6,853 bases of DNA, from positions 1-6,853 of the forward strand of contig JAWCFL010000058.1 of NCBI GenBank assembly GCA_038858525.1, given 5' to 3'. Positions 1 to 5,955 of this stretch are shown here, one piece after another. The DNA is from Candidatus Jordarchaeales archaeon (GTDB taxonomy: Archaea; Asgardarchaeota; Jordiarchaeia; Jordiarchaeales; Freyrarchaeaceae). The translations under genes were made by a program, and so were the position numbers. Within the stretch, counting starts at the first letter, position 1. Each line of letters opens with the position of its first letter. The notes under the pieces were generated by a model, which was given only the letters and a program-made list of their open reading frames with translations, did not search any database and was not told the DNA's origin.

Positions 1-2
1 TT

Positions 3-263
3 TCAAGTTACGCTAAAGAGAAAGGTTATGGTGAAATTCAAATCCTAACGGATATTGGTTCTGGACTTAACGAAGGCAGAAAAAACTTTCTGAAACTCTT
101 AAACATGATTTCAGGAAGAAAAATATCCAAGCTGATAATCGCTTACAAAGACAGGCTCACAAGATTTGGTTTTGAAACGCTCAGAAAGATGTTTTCATTC
201 ATTAACAACACTTACTCTATATCTAGGCTTATCAGCAATTGGCGGGTCGCCTATGAATGCTAA
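3..263 (+). pseudogene. tnpA: IS607-family serine recombinase/transposase TnpA, 5' part outside window, C-terminal domain apparently lost
   Basis: Frame 3 (not in the ORF track) reads [71 protein letters not shown] and DRLTRFGF are hallmark IS607 TnpA motifs. After ~nt 200 it reads [20 protein letters not shown] (TAA 261-263) instead of the usual EELVEDL...F.GRLYG.RS tail. Confidence 0.88.
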
Positions 264-520
264 GAAGGTAATTAAGGCTAAGATTCTCGAGCTTCGTAAA
301 GGTAAGGAAGTGTTTTTGAAGCGTGAATATGAGGGTTGGCAGCGCTACCTTGGAGGAGATAATTTTGCTCCACTATAATTCCGCAACAAGACAGCAGCTG
401 ATAGGCTTCTGAAAGTCGGCGAAAGGTTCAATCCGAACAGGGAGCATTCACTAATCCTCAGAAGAGATGTATATCGTGTCAATACAAGGCTTACTCCTTC
501 TTCTCCATTTATGGAGACCT
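253..520 (+). pseudogene. tnpB: Archaeal TnpB (RNA-guided endonuclease family) N-terminal fragment, frameshifted and truncated; no RuvC or Zn finger
   Basis: ATG at 253 gives [41 protein letters not shown]. Frame 2 then gives SATRQQ (380-397) and frame 1 gives ADRLLKVGERFNPNREHSLILRRDVYRVNTRLTP, with an IYG remnant near 507-516. This matches, from memory, the N-terminus of an archaeal TnpB family (KAKILELRKGKE...EYENWQRYL...LYSATKQQADRLL...LILRRDVY...TKLTPYW..IPIYG). Confidence 0.8.
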
Positions 521-544
521 CGCCCACTAAGCCTGCTAGCTCTT

Positions 545-1780
545 CTATTCATCAAACGGCTTTTTTCGGCTTAGTTTTTCCATGTTTCTTTTAACGGCTT
601 CGATGAACTGTTCGGTTGTCGCCACCATGCTTACTGGTTGCTCCGCCACTCTTGCGACATCCTGTGTCATTATTCTGTCTTCCTCTATGGTTCTTCTGAC
701 AGCTTCTTCCAAAGCTTCCGAGAAAGCAACTAGCTCATTCACCCTGTCCCTTTTTCCTCTCTCTTTGAGTCCTCTTGTCCACGCGAATATTATTGCCGTA
801 GGGTTCGTGGATGTTTTCTCTCCCTTCAAATACCTGTAGTAGTGTCTCTGAACTGTTCCGTGGGCGGCTTCCGCCATGTAGTATCCTTCCGGCGAGAGGA
901 GCTCGGACGTCATTAGCGCAAGGCTTCCCGTGAAGGCTGAGGCGACCATGTCTGAAACTATGTCCCCGTCGTAGTTCTTTGTGGCCCAAACAAAGCCTCC
1001 CTCAGACCTCATCACCCTAGAGTATGCATCATCTATCAGGTAGTACTCGTAGTTGAGTCCTCTCCTCTGGAACTCTTCTTTAAACTCTTCTTCGTAAACT
1101 CTGCTAAAAACCTCTTTGAACCTAGCGTCATACACCTTTGATATAGTGTCCTTGGCGCCAAACCAAAGGTCGAGTCCGTTCATCAGAGCATACTTAAATG
1201 ATGCCCTCGCGAAGCTCTCTATAGATGCGTCCAAGTTGTGGTACGCTTGGATCACGCCTGATCCTTTAAGGGCTGGAAGCTTCACTCTAATCTCCCTGCC
1301 AGAAACAGACCTATAAACTATCTCCGCCTCGCCCGCCTCCTCAAACCTTAACCCGACGCCAGAGTATATGTCACCGTAAGCGTGCCTAGCGACAACTATA
1401 GGCTTCCTCCAGAACCTCACCGCTGGAACCACGTTCCTGAGAATTATCGGCGCCCTAAACAGTGTTCCGTCCAGTATCTCCCTTATAGTGGCGTTGGGGC
1501 TCCTCCACTCCTTCTTGAGACCGTACTCCTTAACCCTTTCAGCGTTAGGCGTTATCGTCGCACACTTAACACCCACACCCCACCTTTTTATGGCCTCCGC
1601 AGCACGCACCGTGACGGAATCATCCGTCTCATCCCTACGCTTAACGTTAAGGTCGTAATACTCCGTCCTGAGGTCAACGTAGGGGCATATCAATTTCTCC
1701 TTCACCAAAGCCCACATGACCCTAGCCATCTCGTCCCCATCAAGCTCAACTAGAGGCTTATCCATCTGAATCTTCTCCAA
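545..1780 (-). CDS. icd: NADP-dependent isocitrate dehydrogenase, type II (IDH1/IDH2- and Thermotoga-like)
   Basis: Motifs ELDGDEMARVMW, VGVKCATITP, SPNATIR...FR, RHAYGDIY, KDTISKVYD, LIDD, KNYDGDIVSD and EAAHGTVQRHY (the RH pair typical of NADP-specific type II enzymes). Probable start is TTG at 1780 (MEKIQMDKPLVELDGDEM), with GGAGGG 8 nt upstream (1789-1794), rather than the ATG at 1804. Confidence 0.97.
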   Translation of the reverse strand: MEKIQMDKPLVELDGDEMARVMWALVKEKLICPYVDLRTEYYDLNVKRRDETDDSVTVRAAEAIKRWGVGVKCATITPNAERVKEYGLKKEWRSPNATIREILDGTLFRAPIILRNVVPAVRFWRKPIVVARHAYGDIYSGVGLRFEEAGEAEIVYRSVSGREIRVKLPALKGSGVIQAYHNLDASIESFARASFKYALMNGLDLWFGAKDTISKVYDARFKEVFSRVYEEEFKEEFQRRGLNYEYYLIDDAYSRVMRSEGGFVWATKNYDGDIVSDMVASAFTGSLALMTSELLSPEGYYMAEAAHGTVQRHYYRYLKGEKTSTNPTAIIFAWTRGLKERGKRDRVNELVAFSEALEEAVRRTIEEDRIMTQDVARVAEQPVSMVATTEQFIEAVKRNMEKLSRKKPFDE

Positions 1781-1925
1781 CGGAAGAACCCTCCAGCAAT
1801 CCATTCATTCAACGTAAAAGGGCCTCTTTAATACCTCCACCTAACACGCAAACTTAACCCCACTAAATAAAGAAGACATTATTAATCTAACTCCACCATT
1901 TTTAGGTATCGGAAGCTATTTTTGC

Positions 1926-1956
1926 TTTTAAGAAGTATTGTCTTCTTGCTGGAGGG
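1926..1956 (+). promoter_or_regulatory. Candidate upstream signals of the FmdE-family gene: TATA-like TTTTAAGA, palindrome AAGAAG-N6-CTTCTT, RBS GGAGGG
   Basis: TTTTAAGA 1926-1933; AAGAAG(tattgt)CTTCTT 1930-1947; GGAGGG 1951-1956, 6 nt before GTG 1963. The RBS is credible. The TATA assignment is uncertain because its spacing would put the start site near the RBS. Confidence 0.4.
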
Positions 1957-1962
1957 ATTTTC

Positions 1963-2550
1963 GTGCCGCGCTTTCTTGAAGCGCTTGCTGAAGCTGAGCG
2001 GTTCCACGGCCACCTTTGCCCCGGGCTGGTCATAGGCGTCAGGATGGGGCTCGCAGCCTTAAAGCTTCTAGAGTCCTCTAGGTCAAAGGACGAGGAAATA
2101 GTGGCGATAGTCGAAAATGATAGCTGCGCCGTTGACGGAATACAAGTCGTAGTAGGCGCCTCTCTGGGCAAAGGGAACCTCTTGGTGGAGAAGTATGGTA
2201 AGATGGCCGCAACATTCTACTCTAGAAAAACCGGGGAGGCTTACAGGTTACTCTTCACGCAGGAGGGTGGAAAAAAACTTTTCAGCGTCCTCTCGGAAAC
2301 GGGTTTCTTCAGCCAAGACGAATGCGCGAGGAGAAGATCCCTAGAAGCCATAGAAAACATCAGCGATGACGAGCTGTTCAAAATACAGAAAGTAACAGTC
2401 ATGACCCCTCCACAAGCCCAAATAAGAAAATCTGTAGCTTGTGATGAGTGTGGCGAGCTGACAATGGAAACCCTAACATTAGCCGTAAATGGTAAACTTC
2501 TCTGCATACCCTGCGCTACAAGGAAGAGGTACTACGAGCCTGCCAGCTAA
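1963..2550 (+). CDS. FmdE/FwdE-family protein with C-terminal DksA/TraR-type C4 zinc finger
   Basis: N-terminal FHGHLCPGLVIGVRMG, ENDSCAVDGIQVV.G..LGKGNL and GKMAATFY are FmdE-family motifs. C-terminal CDEC-x17-CIPC. GTG start with RBS. Confidence 0.92.
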   Translation: MPRFLEALAEAERFHGHLCPGLVIGVRMGLAALKLLESSRSKDEEIVAIVENDSCAVDGIQVVVGASLGKGNLLVEKYGKMAATFYSRKTGEAYRLLFTQEGGKKLFSVLSETGFFSQDECARRRSLEAIENISDDELFKIQKVTVMTPPQAQIRKSVACDECGELTMETLTLAVNGKLLCIPCATRKRYYEPAS

Positions 2551-2590
2551 CCTCTCCCAACTCTTTAGATCAAAGTACACGGTGGTTGGC

Positions 2591-3079
2591 GTGTCTTCCC
2601 CCCCGGAGTGGCGTTTAGCCGAGAAGTATGCCTCCCTTCTGAGGGAGAAACTTGGAGACAGCCTGTTAGCAGTCGCTGTTTTCGGCTCACTAGCTAGGGG
2701 GGATGCCAAGTTCCCGGAGAGCGACATAGACATACTCGTAGTTTTGCACGGTGTCAGCTGCACGATCTCAGAGAGGCTCAAGCTACTAGATGGTGCGAGA
2801 GAAAAACTGAGGGGGCTTGAAGAATACTCGGCGTTCATCTCCAAGTATGGGTGGGCTCCCGTATTACAGGAGCATGTGTTAAGCGAGGAAGAACTAAAGG
2901 CTCATCCGCCGGTCCTACTCGACATGACTCAGCATGTGCGCATACTCTACGACAACGGGATACTGCATGATGAACTTGAGAAGTTAAAGAGAAGGCTCAA
3001 GGAACTTGGAGCCAAAAAGGTGGGCGGCTTCTGGGTGCTCAAGCCAGACGTTAAAGCTGGGGAGGCTGTAGAACTTTGA
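2591..3079 (+). CDS. Minimal-nucleotidyltransferase (MNT, pol beta superfamily) protein, partner of HEPN
   Basis: VAVFGSLARGDAKFPESDIDILVV contains the GS-x-ARG...SD-x-D MNT signature; C-terminal WVLKPD..GE.VEL. Probable start is GTG 2591, preceded by GGTGG (2581-2585). The track's 2489 start overlaps the fmdE-like gene. Confidence 0.92.
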   Translation: MSSPPEWRLAEKYASLLREKLGDSLLAVAVFGSLARGDAKFPESDIDILVVLHGVSCTISERLKLLDGAREKLRGLEEYSAFISKYGWAPVLQEHVLSEEELKAHPPVLLDMTQHVRILYDNGILHDELEKLKRRLKELGAKKVGGFWVLKPDVKAGEAVEL

Positions 3080-3579
3080 ACACCGAAGTCATGGCTAAAG
3101 ACTACTTGAAGAGAGCTGAGAGGTGCCTCCTCGAGTCGGAACACGCCCTTCTAGATGGAGACTACCCTATGACTGTGAGGCGCGCCCAGGAATGTGTCGA
3201 ACTAAGCCTAAAGGCCGCCTTGAGAGCCTTCACTATAGAGTACCCTAAACGGCACGATGTAGGAGACGCCCTCCCTCTGATAAGAGACAAGGTGCCGGAT
3301 TGGTTCTCGTCAAAAATTCCGCAGCTCTCAGCCACATCCTCAGACCTTGCGAGGAAGAGGGGGCCAGCAATGTATGGTTACGAGTCAGAGCTAAAGCCAG
3401 CATCCGAAATTTTCGGCAAAAACGACGCCGAGGAAGCCTTCAACTCAGCAAAAGAAACATTCGCTTTGTGCAAACGCCTCATAGAAGAACTGTTCAATAA
3501 AAAACCTAAATCAAGCACTACCAGAAACATAGACCCAGACCCGAAGCTCAACATGGCCCTACCAAGCTCTAAAAAATAA
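3076..3579 (+). CDS. HEPN domain protein (COG2250-like) of an MNT-HEPN two-gene module
   Basis: YLKRAERCL..S...L..GDY...VRRAQECVELSLKA, YPKRHDV, RGPAMYG.E and DAEEA fit the archaeal HEPN pattern. The TTG start overlaps the MNT TGA by 4 nt (TTGA 3076-3079) and GGAGG lies at 3061-3065, suggesting translational coupling. Confidence 0.92.
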   Translation: MNTEVMAKDYLKRAERCLLESEHALLDGDYPMTVRRAQECVELSLKAALRAFTIEYPKRHDVGDALPLIRDKVPDWFSSKIPQLSATSSDLARKRGPAMYGYESELKPASEIFGKNDAEEAFNSAKETFALCKRLIEELFNKKPKSSTTRNIDPDPKLNMALPSSKK

Positions 3580-3582
3580 AAA
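3571..3582 (-). terminator. Putative archaeal T-tract terminator of the TSUP gene
   Basis: Minus strand reads TTTTTATTTTTT about 18 nt after the TAA stop (3600-3602). Confidence 0.45.
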
Positions 3583-3599
3583 TGTTTGGTGGAAGAAAT

Positions 3600-4655
3600 T
3601 TAGATTGGTAGTCCTAGCAGCGAGAATATGCCCATCAATTTTAACCCGACGTAGACGTAAACCATCGCTAGAAGTACCCCCATTCTCTTCGGCGAAACCT
3701 TGTGGGCTGCCCGTGCTCCGATTCTCGACATCGGTATGCTGGTAGCCGCCAAAGCTATGAACGCTATCAGGTTGACGAAGCCTATTGAGAGCGGAGGGGC
3801 TATCTTTACGGGGTTGAGCTGGCTGACTATTGGCGCAATGCCCAGCACAGAGCTTATCCTAAGCACGTGGTGCAACACTGGATTAAAGGATGTGAGTATC
3901 ACATCCATCCAGTAGAGTGTCGCGATCCCTGGGACCACGTTGTTCAGCGTGGACAAAGTCCACTGCAGGCTCAGCCTCGGCACTAGGGCGCCCAGCGGGT
4001 CTGGAAGATAAGCCACGGTCCACGGTATAGTTGAGCCCAGCACCGCGAATACAGTCGCTCCAGCTCCGGAGCCGAAGATCATAGTTGCGAGCGACATCGC
4101 TATGGCTCCATGTATCGGCATGTCTAAGACCATGTTGAGTATTATTAAGTAGACCAGCCCACCTCCTATCCCTAGGAACTGCGCTGTTCCTCCGCCGACG
4201 AGGCCGCTGACCCACGCCTTCAGCGTGCTGTGCTGTCTAGGCATCTCCTCTATAGGCTTAGGTTTAGCCGTCATGAACCTGTATGCCCCAACAAGGCAGA
4301 AAAGACCAAAAAGAAACTTTAACAGCTCACCGGGAGCTAAGAAGGCGCCGACGCTACCTATAGTGCTACCGATAGCCACGCCTACTATAAGGTCTTTCCA
4401 CTCGCCGACGTGTATGAATTCCCCCTTCTGCTTCTTGTGACTCAACACCCCCATGATCGCCGTCGGCACAACAACCGCCATGTTCGTCCCGAACGCCAGC
4501 TTGATAGCTAAGTCCGAAGGAACACCAAGACTCACAAAGATATAGTACATCACAGGCACCATTAGGAAGCAGCCGCCAACTCCGAAGAACCCGTTAGCGA
4601 AGCCAACAGCTAACCCTGCAACCACTAGTAGGATGACAGCCAACAAAAGATCCAT
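3600..4655 (-). CDS. TauE/SafE-family (TSUP) putative sulfur-compound transporter with an extra ~70-aa loop
   Basis: Polytopic hydrophobic protein with two pseudo-repeat halves: GFFGVGGCFLMVP / QFLGIGGGLVYL, A.GT..A / AIAMSLA, and PPLSIGFVNL...IGARAAH. ATG 4655 is preceded by GAGGGAGAGA. Confidence 0.93.
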   Translation of the reverse strand: MDLLLAVILLVVAGLAVGFANGFFGVGGCFLMVPVMYYIFVSLGVPSDLAIKLAFGTNMAVVVPTAIMGVLSHKKQKGEFIHVGEWKDLIVGVAIGSTIGSVGAFLAPGELLKFLFGLFCLVGAYRFMTAKPKPIEEMPRQHSTLKAWVSGLVGGGTAQFLGIGGGLVYLIILNMVLDMPIHGAIAMSLATMIFGSGAGATVFAVLGSTIPWTVAYLPDPLGALVPRLSLQWTLSTLNNVVPGIATLYWMDVILTSFNPVLHHVLRISSVLGIAPIVSQLNPVKIAPPLSIGFVNLIAFIALAATSIPMSRIGARAAHKVSPKRMGVLLAMVYVYVGLKLMGIFSLLGLPI

Positions 4656-4703
4656 TCTCTCCCTCTAACCAGTTGGTAGTCAATACTCTAACAATGTAAA
4701 AGC

Positions 4704-4718
4704 ATATTTAAGTTTACC
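4704..4718 (-). promoter_or_regulatory. Putative archaeal BRE/TATA promoter of the TSUP gene
   Basis: Minus strand GGTAAAC-TTAAATAT (4718-4704). This implies a start site near 4680, about 25 nt before the ATG, leaving room for the RBS. Confidence 0.45.
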
Positions 4719-4794
4719 GATAATTGAATCAGATGCATCTATCACTTCTCCCAGAAAATACGAGATAAATTTATTAACGCGCCACTCAAACTTT

Positions 4795-4825
4795 AACTGT
4801 TCAATGCAACTGTTCAATGCAATGC
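4795..4825. repeat. Perfect 13-bp tandem repeat AACTGTTCAATGC x2 plus a partial AATGC
   Basis: Units at 4795-4807 and 4808-4820, with AATGC at 4821-4825 abutting the wHTH gene stop. Confidence 0.9.
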
Positions 4826-5878
4826 TTATGTTTTTACTTTGCTTGTAAGTTTAACTATTTTTGTCCGCCCCCTCGCCTCCTTTTCCACTAACCCCTTTTT
4901 CTCCAGCGAGTTAACTGTTATGCTCACCTTAGCCTTACTATACCCTGTACTCTTCTCTATCTCCTTCTGGCTCATCACACCTCCGGAATCAGATAGGAGC
5001 CTTAGCACCTCTCTTTCAGCGTCGCTAAGTAGAGGAAAAACTACTTCAGAAAATTCCTCTCTCCTTCTTTTTTTAAAGAGAGCTACTCCAAGCGTGACGC
5101 CAGCCACAGCAACCAGCCCCCCAGCTAAAATTCCCCATTCCCATGAGAAGTAAACGGGGAAAGGTAAGATAGCGACACCCAACCCCGGCTCATTAGTGGT
5201 GATGGATGAGTAGCGTAGGACAAATGTCTTATACTCTCCAGCTTGCAAGTTCTCGTATTCCCACCGGAAGACAAGTCTCTCCCCATCAGTAAAGTTACTA
5301 GTGGGCTCAGGGCTAATCGGAACAACTCCCTCATTGTAAAGGAAGCATCTTGGCGGAAGCCAGACATCAAAAATAAATTTCCCGGCGTTCACTTCAAACT
5401 TCTCACTAAACAAGAACTGGCAGTAACTATATAGGTCCAAGACTCCTTGTCCGGTAGTGAAGCTGGCCGAAAAGTTCCCTGTCTCACCCGGAGGGATCAA
5501 TGTTTCAACGTAAATCACAGCATCATAACGTCTAAGCTCAAGCTTAGGTTCCGAGTAGAGAGGAGCTGAAAGGTTAACCACTGAGAGATTAGAAATATCA
5601 GTCAACTCTATTATAAAACTGAAAAGGCTGACGTTTTCACTACCAATATTTTTCACACTTAAGAAAATGTTAAACTCGGCTTCTCCTGAACTAAGCAGCA
5701 CAACACTAATCCTTTCCTCACCAAACTCATAAGACGCATCCTTACTATTAACGGTTACATTATCAACAACTCCTCCCCCAAACAGCTGAGAATACGTGGC
5801 TTCTCCGCCACGGGGCAAACACGCTACCAAGAGCACCGCGACAAAAACAACCAAGACAGCAGCCTTCAACCCACGCAA
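4826..5878 (-). CDS. Membrane-anchored winged-HTH putative transcriptional regulator (signal peptide, extracellular domain, single TM, cytoplasmic wHTH; COG2512-like architecture)
   Basis: Probable start TTG 5878 after GAGGGTGG: MRGLKAAVLVVFVAVLLVACLPRGGEA (signal peptide). Beta-strand-rich ectodomain with 6 N-x-S/T sequons. TM WGILAGGLVAVAGVTLGVALF followed by KKRRR. C-terminal LSDAEREVLRLL...SQKEIEKSTGYSKAKVSITVNSLEKKGLVEKEARGRTKIVKL is a typical wHTH. Confidence 0.88.
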   Translation of the reverse strand: MRGLKAAVLVVFVAVLLVACLPRGGEATYSQLFGGGVVDNVTVNSKDASYEFGEERISVVLLSSGEAEFNIFLSVKNIGSENVSLFSFIIELTDISNLSVVNLSAPLYSEPKLELRRYDAVIYVETLIPPGETGNFSASFTTGQGVLDLYSYCQFLFSEKFEVNAGKFIFDVWLPPRCFLYNEGVVPISPEPTSNFTDGERLVFRWEYENLQAGEYKTFVLRYSSITTNEPGLGVAILPFPVYFSWEWGILAGGLVAVAGVTLGVALFKKRRREEFSEVVFPLLSDAEREVLRLLSDSGGVMSQKEIEKSTGYSKAKVSITVNSLEKKGLVEKEARGRTKIVKLTSKVKT

Positions 5879-5903
5879 ATCTGCCACCCTCAAACAAGGA
5901 CAT

Positions 5904-5938
5904 GCAAACAAAAAATGGGAAGAGAAAGAGGAAAAATG
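5904..5938 (-). terminator. Pyrimidine/T-rich tract after the surface-protein gene, possible terminator
   Basis: Minus strand CATTTTTCCTCTTTCTCTTCCCATTTTTTGTTTGC lies between the upstream stop (5956) and the probable wHTH start (5878). Confidence 0.35.
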
Positions 5939-5955
5939 TTTTTTCGTCAAGGAAA

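Larger units (their letters stand above)
1..520 (+). mobile_element. Decayed IS remnant (IS607-type tnpA fragment plus tnpB fragment); left part lies outside the window
   Basis: Two adjacent co-oriented transposon gene fragments, both disrupted. No right end or omegaRNA-type hairpin is recognisable before the idh stop at 545. Confidence 0.85.

Noticed and set aside
166-378. 70-aa ORF in the track
   Set aside because: Its first 29 codons are an alternative frame of the tnpA remnant and spacer; only the part from ATG 253 is the tnpB fragment.
345-1753. Short ORFs 345-527(-), 582-839(+), 735-989(-), 1116-1316(+), 1382-1753(+)
   Set aside because: Antisense or alternate-frame shadows of tnpB or icd with no recognisable motifs.
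1902-3500. ORFs 1902-2171(-), 2241-2507(-), 2479-2844(-), 2947-3144(-), 3300-3500(+)
   Set aside because: They overlap the well-supported fmdE-like, MNT and HEPN genes; Ser-rich shadow composition.
3700-4440. ORFs 3700-3915(+), 3883-4215(-), 4225-4440(+)
   Set aside because: Entirely within the TSUP gene; no independent evidence.
4795-4825. Tandem repeat as a CRISPR or omegaRNA remnant
   Set aside because: 13-bp units with no spacers, no cas genes, and far from tnpB.
5813-5830. Lipobox-like LVAC in the wHTH protein signal peptide
   Set aside because: A fit to a loose consensus only; an SPI-type site (GEA) follows and the protein already has a TM anchor. Not decidable without a predictor.
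5879-5950. Longer N-terminus MTKKHFSSFSSHF... for the wHTH protein
   Set aside because: No RBS at 5950, the extension reads through a T-rich tract, and TTG 5878 has an RBS and starts a clean signal peptide.
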